Shown here piece after piece: positions 1 through 9,685 of a DNA stretch of 64,000 bases. Numbering within the stretch: position 1 is the first letter of the stretch; the number at the start of each line of letters is the position of its first letter. Below the pieces are notes generated by a model. That model had not been told where the DNA came from. It did no database searches and saw only the letters and a program-made list of their open reading frames with translations. The DNA is from Thermomicrobiales bacterium. Lineage in GTDB: Bacteria; Chloroflexota; Chloroflexia; Thermomicrobiales; UBA6265. The stretch is taken from the NCBI GenBank assembly GCA_023957015.1, contig JAMLHR010000010.1, positions 8,693-72,692 of the forward strand, read 5' to 3'. A program made the translations under genes and the position numbers.

Positions 1-1268
1 GAGATAAAGCTCACCCATGGTCGATCGACAACCACCTTGGTGATACGACCCCAAAATCCCTGATACATATTGTGAGCATCGATATCCTCTGCATGGACCG
101 GTTTCCGGCGCGGCCAGTCGATGTGATCACCGACCAGGCTCAGTAACGCGGGCACCAACGTGGCGGACAGGACCACCGAGCACGCGACAACCACGATCGC
201 ACCAACGGAGAGCGAGAAGAAGATGTTGAGCCGCACCAGCATCACACCCAGCATCGCGAGAATGAGGGTGAGTCCGCTGAAAACAACGGCTTTGCCGGAG
301 GTGGCACCCGCGATCTCGATCGCTAGCTGCTTGCTTTGCCCGCGCGAGCGTTGCTCGCGGAAACGCTCCACCATAAAGAGCGAGTAGTCGATGCCAACCG
401 CGAGACCCAGCATCGTGATCATGTTCTGCACGAACAATTGCAGATCGGTGAACTGACCGATCAGCGTCACCAGCCCCAGGGCAAGACCAACACTCATCAC
501 ACCGAGTAGGAGCGGGACAATCGGCGCAACCAACGAACCGAAAACGATAAGCAGCACAACGATCGCGATCGGGATACCGATCATCTCGGCCTTGACCAGC
601 TCCTCGGCGACAACCTCCTGATAGACCTCGTTGATGGAGAGGTTACCGATACTGGTGACGGAGAACTGATTGGAGTCAAACGCATTTACGACATCGATAT
701 AGTGCGCGATATCAACACCGGTGGTGCCGATTACCACCGGCACCAGCAACGTCGTCCGGTCGGCGGAGACGAGCGCCTCTATCTGCTCGGTCGCACCCAT
801 TTGATCGGCGGCGTTCCGTATCAGCGGATTGCTGAGAGCATCCTGTACCTCGAAGTAGTTGAGAACGTACGATCCCTCAACGGTGTCGTTCGCCAATGCC
901 ATCAGGTCCGGTGGCTGGGTAGCGTCAGTGCCCTCCCAGGTCCCCTGCTCTGCTCGCACTGCGGCGACAATGGCAGTGGTAGTCTCGCGGAATGCAGGGT
1001 CATCCACGATCGTACCATCGAGCGAGCGAATCACAATCGATTCGCCAACGCCGATACTGTCCGAAAGCGAGCTGCTCGCCAATTCCCGACTTCCGACCAC
1101 CGAGTCGAAGTCGGTCGTCAGTACAAAGTCGTTGCTCAGCACACCCGTCAGACCGTTGGCGGTGACAACCATCGAGAGCAGGAAGATAACACCCCAGGCG
1201 CCAACCACCCGCCAGGGATGACGAGCACAGGCACCAGCGAGTCGGCGAAGGGATAATCGTGATGCCAT
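1..1268 (-). CDS. MMPL/RND-superfamily membrane transporter, N-terminal portion (3' end lies beyond the left window edge)
   Basis: Absent from the ORF track because no stop lies in-window. The reverse complement from ATG 1268 reads MASRLSLRRLAGACARHPWRVVGAWGVIFLLSMVV, then a soluble loop, then a TM block containing GLAVGIDYSLFMVERFREQR, which is typical of MMPL proteins. Confidence 0.8.
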   Translation of the reverse strand, partial: MASRLSLRRLAGACARHPWRVVGAWGVIFLLSMVVTANGLTGVLSNDFVLTTDFDSVVGSRELASSSLSDSIGVGESIVIRSLDGTIVDDPAFRETTTAIVAAVRAEQGTWEGTDATQPPDLMALANDTVEGSYVLNYFEVQDALSNPLIRNAADQMGATEQIEALVSADRTTLLVPVVIGTTGVDIAHYIDVVNAFDSNQFSVTSIGNLSINEVYQEVVAEELVKAEMIGIPIAIVVLLIVFGSLVAPIVPLLLGVMSVGLALGLVTLIGQFTDLQLFVQNMITMLGLAVGIDYSLFMVERFREQRSRGQSKQLAIEIAGATSGKAVVFSGLTLILAMLGVMLVRLNIFFSLSVGAIVVVACSVVLSATLVPALLSLVGDHIDWPRRKPVHAEDIDAHNMYQGFWGRITKVVVDRPWVSFI

Positions 1269-1468
1269 GGATCGAGGACTCCTGCAGAAAGCTACACAAC
1301 CGTTGCGATGATAGCAAAGGTGGGACATGGTGATTGCTAGTCGGCCCTCTTATGGGTCCCTGCAAGGATTGTCGGTCATAGACCATCCTTCCCAAGCGAC
1401 CACGAGGGTCGCGACTACCGATTAACATGCGTGTGTGACCACTCGGAACCGTAGAGAAGGAATCATCT

Positions 1469-1849
1469 ATGTCTATAATCGCTACACTCAGCCGCGATGT
1501 CTTTTTCGGAATGCGCATCCGCACAGTCCTGCAGCAACTCGGATATGAGCTTGTGCTCTGCAACAGCGAGCATGCCCTCCTGAAACAGTATGGCAACGCG
1601 GATTTGGTGATCGTGGACTTCAATCAACCTGTCGATTGGGCGGCGTTGACGGACGTTACCGCCAGCCAATCACCGGTAATCGCCTTCGGTTCCCATACCA
1701 ACGTCGAAGGATTCCGGCTCGCCCGGGAAGCCGGAGTGGATCGCACGATCTCGAACGGCGAGTTCAGTCGGAAGCTGCCCGAATTACTGGGCAAGTTCAC
1801 GGCGACACCGTCCCAGGATTCGGATCAAGATGATGCATCCGATATGTAA
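1469..1849 (+). CDS. CheY-like receiver-fold protein, degenerate
   Basis: 126-aa ORF preceded by GAAGGAA. The alternating beta/alpha pattern (LVIVDFNQP, VIAFGSHTN) resembles a receiver domain, but the usual N-terminal acidic pair is missing. Confidence 0.5.
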   Translation: MSIIATLSRDVFFGMRIRTVLQQLGYELVLCNSEHALLKQYGNADLVIVDFNQPVDWAALTDVTASQSPVIAFGSHTNVEGFRLAREAGVDRTISNGEFSRKLPELLGKFTATPSQDSDQDDASDM

Positions 1850-1998
1850 AGATAGTACGTACACCATTGACACATCCTTGCACTACAACGTACAATCCGA
1901 CCGTACAGACCGGTGGTACACACGTATCATCTCTACCTGTCGAGAGACACTATTCTTCGCTCACATGGGGTGAGTTTGGAGACCAGAAAGGAGTCGCC

Positions 1999-2529
1999 GT
2001 GGAGTCCGAGCCTCGAGACTACCAGGCGGTCATGGACAATGCTCTGCAGCTTGTCTACAGTCACCATCATCGTCTGGTGACTCAGTTGGCACCGGAGGCG
2101 TTTCAGCCTCTGACGCTGGCACAGCTGCGCAATGGGCCTCTTGGCCAAGACCTTCATCGATTGGCGCGCCTGGCCCTTGGCCAGAGCAAGGAACCCAAGG
2201 ATCAGGTGTTGGAAGCAATCGACTCGGTGCTTCAGCTCCTCTTTTGGCCCGCCGCTGCTGATGATTACACGGTGCCCCGCGCATTTTGGGACACCGATCT
2301 CGGTCGCATGCTCGCCCTCGCGAAGTACCGCGCGTTCGAATCGAACGAGCTGGTCAGCATCGGCAATGCGGCGCAACAACTCGGCGTTACTCGCCCGACC
2401 ATCTATCGCTGGATGGATGATCGTACACTCAACTACGTGCGCGATGATATGAGCGGCCGCACCTTCGTCATCCGTAAGGATATCGATGTGCTGAAGCAGA
2501 TCGCACGGGAGCTTGAGACCCAATTCTAG
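1999..2529 (+). CDS. Excisionase/MerR-type (HTH_17-like) helix-turn-helix DNA-binding protein
   Basis: The C-terminus LVSIGNAAQQLGVTRPTIYRWMDDRTLNYV is an HTH motif. The ORF is open from 1867, but GTG 1999 follows AAAGGAG, so the start is uncertain. Confidence 0.6.
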   Translation: MESEPRDYQAVMDNALQLVYSHHHRLVTQLAPEAFQPLTLAQLRNGPLGQDLHRLARLALGQSKEPKDQVLEAIDSVLQLLFWPAAADDYTVPRAFWDTDLGRMLALAKYRAFESNELVSIGNAAQQLGVTRPTIYRWMDDRTLNYVRDDMSGRTFVIRKDIDVLKQIARELETQF

Positions 2530-2652
2530 AACCCACACTTGGGGAGGGATGGAGACACCTCGAACGGAGCAATCCGTGAGGGGTGTTTTCGTTTTCCCGG
2601 AACCTGTGGCATACTGCCAGCGTAGATTCGATACTATCCAAAAGGAAGCATT

Positions 2653-3258
2653 ATGAAGATCACAGTTTGGTTCGACTTCGTTTGTCCGTATGCCTGGACG
2701 GCGCAACGCTGGCTCTTCGATGTCCAGAATGAACTTGGCGACGACCTGGAGATCGACTGGCGCTACTTCAGCATCGAACAGGTCAACAAGGCCGAGGATG
2801 CTCCGAACGTCTGGGAGCACCCCAACGACGGCTCCAGCAGCACGATGCGCGCCTTCCAGGGTGTCCATGCCGCTGGCAAGCAGGGTCACGACAAGTACCT
2901 CGCCTACATGGCGGCACTCTACAATCAGCGCCACATTGGCAAGCGAAATCTCGGCACCCAGCAGATTCTGGAGGAAACCGCCACACAGGTCGGTCTCGAT
3001 CTGGACCAGTTCCGCGAAGACTTGAAGAGCGATGAAGTCTTCGGTATCTTCCAGAACGACCACACGGAAGCCGTGGAGAAGTACGGTATCTTCGGTGTGC
3101 CGACGATCATGTTCGAGAACGAGGAGTGCGCCTACCTGCGCATCAAGATCGGCGAACCCCCGGTTGATGCCGTGGCATGCTGGAACGAGTTCATCGAACT
3201 CGTCCGTGATCGTCCGACGATCCTCGAGGTCAAGCGCCCGAGCAAACCAACGGCGTAG
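2653..3258 (+). CDS. DsbA-family thioredoxin-fold protein (single-Cys CPYA motif)
   Basis: 201 aa. MKITVWFDFVCPYAW at the N-terminus and GIFGVPTIMF near the C-terminus are the DsbA/HCCA-isomerase-like signatures. AAAGGAAG lies upstream of the ATG. Confidence 0.75.
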   Translation: MKITVWFDFVCPYAWTAQRWLFDVQNELGDDLEIDWRYFSIEQVNKAEDAPNVWEHPNDGSSSTMRAFQGVHAAGKQGHDKYLAYMAALYNQRHIGKRNLGTQQILEETATQVGLDLDQFREDLKSDEVFGIFQNDHTEAVEKYGIFGVPTIMFENEECAYLRIKIGEPPVDAVACWNEFIELVRDRPTILEVKRPSKPTA

Positions 3259-3338
3259 TATTCTCCAGAAGGATGACATTGGTCTGGATCATGGCTGATC
3301 CCATGTCCTATCCATCCTTGCACCAAAGACTCATCCTG

Positions 3339-3459
3339 TCGTCACTCAGAGCGCGTAGCGCGTGGAGTCCCCCGGCGAAGCCGGAGTGTGTCATCACTGA
3401 CCAGGTCTAACTTGGGCAGTTGCGTTACGCGGGCGCTTCGCTCGGGGTCTGAGTGACGA
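3339..3459. repeat. MITE-like element, family R2 (terminal inverted repeats CGTCACTCAGAG / CTCTGAGTGACG)
   Basis: 121 bp, intergenic, bounded by ~12-bp inverted repeats. Its left end CGTCACTCAGAGCGCGTAGCGCGTGGAGTCC closely matches the reverse complement of the right end of the element at 55566-55755. Confidence 0.6.
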
Positions 3460-3507
3460 GGATCACCGCATGGTGCATACCTGATTCGACATTCACGGGG
3501 CCGTTGC

Positions 3508-4140
3508 ATGTACCTCCCGCCACATTTCGCCCAAACTGACACCGAGGAGATCGAGGCCTTCATCGACGCTCACCCCTTCGCCACGGTGATCACACTGGTC
3601 AATGGCGAGATGTGGCCGACGCAGATCCCCCTCTTCCGCCAGGGTGACGACACGCTCATCGGCCACGTCGCCCGCGCCAACGAGATGTGGCGACATGACG
3701 CAACAACCGACGCTCTGATCATCTTCTCCGGTCCGGATACCTACATCACACCCAACTGGTACGAGACAAAGCGGCAGACGCATAAAGCAGTTCCTACCTG
3801 GAACTACGCCTCGGTCAGTATCTGGGCCGAGATGACGTTGCATGACGATGCTCGCTGGAAGCGCATGGCCGTGGGGAAGTTAACCAACATTCACGAGCGG
3901 ACCAGCGCAGAACCTTGGAAGATGGGAGATGCACCACAGGATTACCTTGAGGAACAACTCGACCACATCGTCGGCGTTGAGTTCACGATCAAGCGACTCG
4001 AAGCCAAGTGGAAGCTCAACCAGAACCGTACGATCGAGGATCGCGAGGGCGTTATCGCCGGACTAACCGCACGCGATCGCGATGCTGATGCCACCATCGC
4101 TTCCATGATGCACACCATACTGGACGACGATGCCCGCTGA
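3508..4140 (+). CDS. paiB: FMN-binding negative transcriptional regulator, PaiB family
   Basis: 210 aa. MYLPPHFAQTD...PFATVIT...YITPNWY...VPTWNY...KLNQNR matches the PaiB family motif order. Confidence 0.85.
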   Translation: MYLPPHFAQTDTEEIEAFIDAHPFATVITLVNGEMWPTQIPLFRQGDDTLIGHVARANEMWRHDATTDALIIFSGPDTYITPNWYETKRQTHKAVPTWNYASVSIWAEMTLHDDARWKRMAVGKLTNIHERTSAEPWKMGDAPQDYLEEQLDHIVGVEFTIKRLEAKWKLNQNRTIEDREGVIAGLTARDRDADATIASMMHTILDDDAR

Positions 4141-5116
4141 TCTCCCTGGCGTGCAATCCGCTATCCTTGCCTGGTTCGAACAGCATCGTCGCGATCTCCC
4201 CTGGCGACATACTCGCGATCCCTACGCGATCGTGGTCAGCGAGATCATGTTGCAGCAAACGCAGGTCGATCGCGTTCTCCCCTATTGGCATGCCTGGATG
4301 GAACGCTGGCCGACCGTCCACGAACTCGCGTCCGCACCCGTCGCGGATGTGATTCGAGCCTGGAAAGGGCTTGGCTACAACCGTCGCGCGGTCAATCTGC
4401 AACGGGCCGCACAAGCGGTCGTTGATCGCGGCGGCGAGTTCCCGTCCACAGCCGAAGGACTACGAGAGCTACCCGGAATCGGACCCTACACCGCTGGCGC
4501 GATCGCCTGCTTCGCTTATGAGCAGGATGTAGCGTTCATCGATACCAACATGCGTCGTGTGCTCCACCGCATCTTCGTCGGTGTCGATACTCCCAAACCC
4601 ACAGTCTCCGATAGGCAGGTGCTGGAGATCGCCTCGGAAGCGATCCCTCCCGGTGCAGGTTGGACCTGGAATCAGGCGATCATGGAGTTCGGTGCCATTC
4701 ACTGCACTGCCCGCAAACCCCTCTGCCTCATCTGTCCAGTACAGCACCAGTGCGCCGCGTTTCCGGAGATCCAGTCCGCGCTCGCGATCGCCGCCAAGCA
4801 ACCAAAAGGTAAAGCCGTTCCCTTCGAGCAAACGAACCGCTACTTCCGCGGTCGGATCATGGACGAACTTCGTGCTCATGAAGGTGAAGGCGTGGTATTG
4901 GCGGATATGGGTCCTGCGGTAAAGACCGCGTTTGAGGATGCGGACTATCCCTGGTTGCTGGAGTTGATCGAGGCCTTGGCTGGCGATGGGCTGCTGGTGA
5001 TTGAATTGCCCGCTCCCCGACAAACGACTCCGTCGTCTGAAGTGAGAGGCGTTGCTGAGGAAGTGGGATCGTACGACGCGACACCGATAGAGATGATCAG
5101 GGTGCGGTTGCCATAA
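4130..5116 (+). CDS. mutY: A/G-specific adenine DNA glycosylase
   Basis: 328 aa. WFEQHRRDLPWR, VSEIMLQQTQV, an HhH motif (LPGIGPYTAGAI) and a 4Fe-4S cysteine cluster (CTARKPLCLICPVQHQC). Overlaps the paiB stop by 11 nt. Confidence 0.9.
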   Translation: MPADLPGVQSAILAWFEQHRRDLPWRHTRDPYAIVVSEIMLQQTQVDRVLPYWHAWMERWPTVHELASAPVADVIRAWKGLGYNRRAVNLQRAAQAVVDRGGEFPSTAEGLRELPGIGPYTAGAIACFAYEQDVAFIDTNMRRVLHRIFVGVDTPKPTVSDRQVLEIASEAIPPGAGWTWNQAIMEFGAIHCTARKPLCLICPVQHQCAAFPEIQSALAIAAKQPKGKAVPFEQTNRYFRGRIMDELRAHEGEGVVLADMGPAVKTAFEDADYPWLLELIEALAGDGLLVIELPAPRQTTPSSEVRGVAEEVGSYDATPIEMIRVRLP

Positions 5117-5155
5117 TACCAGTTGCACACGTACGCTCGGGATTTACTCCCGGGC

Positions 5156-5174
5156 ACGGCAGCTCCGCTGCCGT
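5156..5174. terminator. GC hairpin between convergent mutY and the membrane-protein gene
   Basis: ACGGCAG-CTCCG-CTGCCGT is a perfect 7-bp stem. There is no clear U-tract, so function is inferred from position only. Confidence 0.35.
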
Positions 5175-5239
5175 CAAGTAGCGATTCGAAGAGGAGCCAA
5201 GCTCCCCTACTACCTGGCCCTTTGGTCTTATCCCTTACC

Positions 5240-6805
5240 TCAATACCGCGCGATGCGGGTGTGATACGCCAACGTCATCAGCGCGGTGAACCACAGATAG
5301 GCCCACACCCAGGTTGGGGTCGCCTTCACGCTCCACTGGCGCTCGCCGCGAAACTCCCAGGCGATCACCTGCGCCACAGCCGGCACCGGCCACACCCAAT
5401 ACCACGGGTGGCTATTCACCGGCAGGAAACTGATCACCAGCAGGATACCCATCCAGGCGTAGAGCACGTGGCCACTCCACCAAGGGATCCGCTCGGGAAG
5501 CAAATCATCCTCACCCGGATCGACGGAGACATGTGTGTCATTCCAGATCTTGTAGCCCAGCCAAACAACGATCCCAACGAACAGGGCCGAGCTGGTGAAC
5601 TGCAGGATATCCCGACTGATCTCGCTGAATCGCCAGCTCACATGGCCACCGAAAACCGAGCGAATGATGCCATTGATCGTACGCCAGACAGGATTGGTGT
5701 ACAGCCTGCTCGGTTCCCGAATCATCTCCTCCAACGTGTGCGTGCCATCCCAGTACGGCAGGAAACTGAGGACGATCACCGAGAGGATCGCGATACCATC
5801 CAGGATCCAGTTGCCGAAGATTCGCCGAATCCAGTTTGGTTTCTTACGATCGACTAAACGGAGAATACCGAGCACCCCTAGCAACGGTAGCGTCACGAAC
5901 TTCACCATCACACTGAAGGCGACCAGGATGATACCGGATCGCAGTGCCGAGAGGCCGCCCCAGATCACCAGCATCAATCCCAGAGTCGCGATGAGAACGG
6001 TGTGAGGATCATTGTGTACCTGGCCGGTGCTCTCCAGGATCATATTCGGTTGCCAAGCGACCAGCGCCGCACACGCCAGTGCCAGCTTCTGATTGCCGCC
6101 GGAGAGCCGCCTGGCGAAGAAGAAGATCGCCACAGCCACACCCAGTGCTGCCAAACCGGAGAACGCCTTCTGCCACAGTGTCGCGATGACGGGATCGTTG
6201 CCGGATATCCACATCAAGGCCGCGTTGTAGTTAACCCATTGCGGTCCGTAGACCGTGCCGATATCAACCCAGAAGATAAACGGGAGCAGCGGACTATTCG
6301 GCAGATCACTCATGAAGTGGACGTAGGGATTCATCCCCTTAACCACGAAATCGCCAACACCCTCGTAGAAGAAGACATCCGAGTTGCTGGGAATCATGAA
6401 GACAAACTGGATCAGATGAGCGCCAACCGGACCGAGTAGCCACAGCCACGGCTTGGGAGAACTCTGACGCATGATGACCACAAACGCACCGATCTGGGCC
6501 ACGAATCCGAGCAGCATACTGGCCCGAAATCCCCAAACGATCAGACCCTTGGGCAGCTCGTAATGAGGAACAATCGGTGCGAGCCAATCCTGCCAGAGGG
6601 CAACGCGCTCAATCGCTCCCCAGTTCTCGACGATGTTCATCGTGCCGTGGATGGAATCCACCGGCATGCCAAGCAGGAAGAAACACATACCAACACTGCT
6701 CAACCAGATGAACAGCGTCAACGGCCAGAAACCGATGTTGCCGAGCTGTTCAGCGATCGCGCCGAACCAGCGAGACCACCTGCCGGTTGTCTCCTCCCCG
6801 CTCAC
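5240..6805 (-). CDS. Polytopic integral membrane protein, putative GT-C type glycosyltransferase (DUF2029/GT87-like)
   Basis: 521 aa with more than 10 predicted TM segments and loops rich in W/P/Y. The family assignment is tentative. Its start overlaps the mutS stop by 4 nt (6802-6805). Confidence 0.6.
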   Translation of the reverse strand: MSGEETTGRWSRWFGAIAEQLGNIGFWPLTLFIWLSSVGMCFFLLGMPVDSIHGTMNIVENWGAIERVALWQDWLAPIVPHYELPKGLIVWGFRASMLLGFVAQIGAFVVIMRQSSPKPWLWLLGPVGAHLIQFVFMIPSNSDVFFYEGVGDFVVKGMNPYVHFMSDLPNSPLLPFIFWVDIGTVYGPQWVNYNAALMWISGNDPVIATLWQKAFSGLAALGVAVAIFFFARRLSGGNQKLALACAALVAWQPNMILESTGQVHNDPHTVLIATLGLMLVIWGGLSALRSGIILVAFSVMVKFVTLPLLGVLGILRLVDRKKPNWIRRIFGNWILDGIAILSVIVLSFLPYWDGTHTLEEMIREPSRLYTNPVWRTINGIIRSVFGGHVSWRFSEISRDILQFTSSALFVGIVVWLGYKIWNDTHVSVDPGEDDLLPERIPWWSGHVLYAWMGILLVISFLPVNSHPWYWVWPVPAVAQVIAWEFRGERQWSVKATPTWVWAYLWFTALMTLAYHTRIARY

Positions 6806-9477
6806 GATGCCGCGCCTTTCGCCTTCTGTCGTAGTTCGAACAACACCCGAATCGCATCCAGTGGCGTCATCGCCTCGACATCCAGCTGCTTGATCTCCTC
6901 CAGAATCGGATCGGGTGCATCGAAGAAGGTCAGCTGCAACTGAGGCTGAGCGCTGGGAACTGGTGCCTGCATCGCGGTGCGTCGTGAGCCGACATCGCTG
7001 GATTCCAAATCAGAGAGGATCTCCTCGGCGCGACGCGTGACACCCTTCGGCAGTCCGGCCAGCTTGGCCACATGGATACCGTAGCTCTTGTCTGCGTTAC
7101 CGGGCACGACCTTACGCAGAAAGACCACCCGATCGCCATCCTCCAGCACATCCATGCGGCTACAGGTCACCCGCGGCAGCAGATCAGCCAACTCGGTCAA
7201 CTCGTGATAGTGGGTGGCAAACAACGTCTTGCATCCAAGTCCGGGCGCGTTGTGGACGTACTCCACGATCGCACGAGCGATCGCGAGACCGTCATAGGTG
7301 CTGGTGCCGCGTCCGATTTCGTCCAACACCACCAGGCTGCGCTTGCTGGCGTGATGGAGGATATTCGCCATCTCCAGCATTTCGACCATGAAGGTGCTCT
7401 GACCGCTACTGATGTCGTCCTGAGCACCGATGCGGGTGAAGATGCGATCAACAATACTGATCTCGGCTCGCGTAGCTGGCACATAGGAACCGATCTGTGC
7501 CATCAGCGTGATCAGCGCCACCTGTCGCAGCCAGCTGCTCTTGCCTGCCATATTCGGACCGGTGAGAACGATGATCTGCTCCGTAGAGGTATCCAGACCA
7601 GCGTCGTTGGCGATGTACTCGCCACGCGGCATCGTCGTTTCCAACACCGGGTGGCGACCATTCTCGATGTGGATACATTCGTCGTCACTCAGCAGTGGAC
7701 GAGTGTAGTTGCGATCCACCGCGACATCGGCCAACGCGGCAGCGACATCGACGATCGCGATCGTTGCCGCCGCCTCCAGCAGCTTGTTGGACTGACCAGC
7801 CAGGATGCTGAGCAACTTACGATACTCATCCGCCTCGAGGTCGTTGAGCGTATCCTCGGCCGTGAGCACGAGGGTTTCGTATTCCTTCAACTGCGGGGTG
7901 AAGTAGCGGGCGGCATTCGCCAGCGTCTGCTTGGGAATGTAGTCCGCAGGCAGGGCGGAACCTTCGAGCCCTTGCTGCGCGCGCTCCTTCTCGGCATTGG
8001 CAAGCGCTGCTGCCGTGATCTCCAGGTAGTATCCGAAGACCCTGTTGTAACCAACCTTGAGGGTTTTGAGACCCGTCTTCTCGCGCTCGACGCGCTCAAG
8101 ATTGGCAATCCACTCCCGCGCCTCTTTTGCCCGAAGCCGATGGCCATCCAGCTCGCTGGCATAGCCCGGTGCGAAGACCTGACCTCTGCCAAGCACAACC
8201 GGTGGCTCCTCCACCAATGCTCGCTGCAACAGCGCCGCGACCTCACTCAGATCCGGGAGCGGCTCTACCCCAGGCACCGTCTCTATGAACGGCATTACTT
8301 CCGGAAGCGCCGCCAGTGCACCACGGAGCTGTACCAACTCCCGTGGTCCGGCATTGCGGACAACGATGCGATTGGTGAGGCGTTCGATATCGCCGATGCG
8401 GTGGAGTGCGTCACGAACACCGGTGCGATCGGCGGTGTTCTCCACGAACCACTCAACGGCGTCAAGGCGATCGTTGAGGGCATCGACATCCAGCAATGGT
8501 TGGTTGATTCGCTGACGCAGCAGGCGTCCGCCCATCGGTGTTTTGGTAACGTCCAGCACCGCAATCAGACTGAGGCGCTTGTCGCCACGAGCGCTCTCGG
8601 AGAGTTCCAAGTTCCGCCGCGTCTGGGCATCAAGCGTCATGTAACCGCCGGTGGAGTACGTCCGCAGGCTGGTGATCTGCTGGAGTCCGCTAAACTGCGT
8701 GTCCTCGAGGTATTGCAGCAGCCCACCTGCGGCACGGATCGCGAACGGTTGGCCAGTGAGACCAAAGCCATCTAACGACTCCGCCTCGAAGTGTCGCAAC
8801 AGCGATTTCGCCGCCCGATCCTCCTGCCACTTCCAGCCATCGGCCGAGCTGACGCTGGCACCGTTCGGCAACCAGCTTTGCTGTGGCAACACGAGATCGT
8901 TGGCAAATCCGCCGGGTACCACGACCTCCGCGGCTCTCAACCGCAGGAGCTCTCGCCCCAGAGCAAGCAGGACCTCCTCCTGCGAATCCTCGCGCAGTTC
9001 GGTTGTCTGAAACTCTCCCGTGGTGATATCTGCATAGGCGAGTCCAGCCCGGGCACCATCGACAACGACGGCGGTGATGTAGTTGTTCGTGCGGGCATCA
9101 AGCATCGCGGGGTCGAGGATCGTCCCCGGTGTCACCACGCGAGTAACATCGCGCTCGACCAGGCCCTTGCCCTTGGTTGGTTCGCCAAGCTGCTCGCAGA
9201 GCGCCACCTTGTGTCCCGCCTGCACCAGCTTGGCGATATAGCCATCGGCGGCGTGATATGGGATGCCCGCCAACGGCACCCGATTCCCCTTGCCCATATC
9301 TCGTGCGGTTAAGACGATATCCAGCACCTCAGCGGCGATGATGGCATCGTTGTCGAAGGTCTCGTAGAAATCGCCGAGACGGAAGAGCAGGATATGCTCG
9401 CTGTAACGCGCCTTGATCTGATCGTATTGCTTACGCAGAGGTACGACGTCTTTGGTTGTCTTGGTCTCAGTAGGCAT
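6802..9477 (-). CDS. mutS: DNA mismatch repair protein MutS
   Basis: 891 aa. N-terminal mismatch-binding motif (FRLGDFYETF), Walker A (GPNMAGKS), and STFMVEM and DEIGRGTSTYDG motifs. Confidence 0.97.
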   Translation of the reverse strand: MPTETKTTKDVVPLRKQYDQIKARYSEHILLFRLGDFYETFDNDAIIAAEVLDIVLTARDMGKGNRVPLAGIPYHAADGYIAKLVQAGHKVALCEQLGEPTKGKGLVERDVTRVVTPGTILDPAMLDARTNNYITAVVVDGARAGLAYADITTGEFQTTELREDSQEEVLLALGRELLRLRAAEVVVPGGFANDLVLPQQSWLPNGASVSSADGWKWQEDRAAKSLLRHFEAESLDGFGLTGQPFAIRAAGGLLQYLEDTQFSGLQQITSLRTYSTGGYMTLDAQTRRNLELSESARGDKRLSLIAVLDVTKTPMGGRLLRQRINQPLLDVDALNDRLDAVEWFVENTADRTGVRDALHRIGDIERLTNRIVVRNAGPRELVQLRGALAALPEVMPFIETVPGVEPLPDLSEVAALLQRALVEEPPVVLGRGQVFAPGYASELDGHRLRAKEAREWIANLERVEREKTGLKTLKVGYNRVFGYYLEITAAALANAEKERAQQGLEGSALPADYIPKQTLANAARYFTPQLKEYETLVLTAEDTLNDLEADEYRKLLSILAGQSNKLLEAAATIAIVDVAAALADVAVDRNYTRPLLSDDECIHIENGRHPVLETTMPRGEYIANDAGLDTSTEQIIVLTGPNMAGKSSWLRQVALITLMAQIGSYVPATRAEISIVDRIFTRIGAQDDISSGQSTFMVEMLEMANILHHASKRSLVVLDEIGRGTSTYDGLAIARAIVEYVHNAPGLGCKTLFATHYHELTELADLLPRVTCSRMDVLEDGDRVVFLRKVVPGNADKSYGIHVAKLAGLPKGVTRRAEEILSDLESSDVGSRRTAMQAPVPSAQPQLQLTFFDAPDPILEEIKQLDVEAMTPLDAIRVLFELRQKAKGAAS

Positions 9478-9685
9478 GAGGTATCCGGGTCACGGGTTGA
9501 CGCCATTTCATCAGAAAGAAGGATACCGTACCGCTTGGGACAGATGGGCCAAGTACGGGACATACGAACCATGGCATGCGTGCAAACCTGGTTCGTTTGC
9601 AGCCCCGGTATTCCGATACCGCCCATGCTACTATTACGAATCGTAAGCGAGTACCCGTATTCTCTATTACCAAGGATTCCTTCTC

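Noticed and set aside
1933-3279. 448-aa minus-strand ORF spanning the HTH and DsbA-like genes
   Set aside because: It is antisense to two plus-strand ORFs that carry recognisable motifs. Its own sequence is Arg/Leu/Asp-rich with no motifs, which is the typical shadow ORF of GC-rich DNA.
7072-8775. 567-aa plus-strand ORF
   Set aside because: It lies entirely antisense to mutS, which is unambiguous. No motifs.
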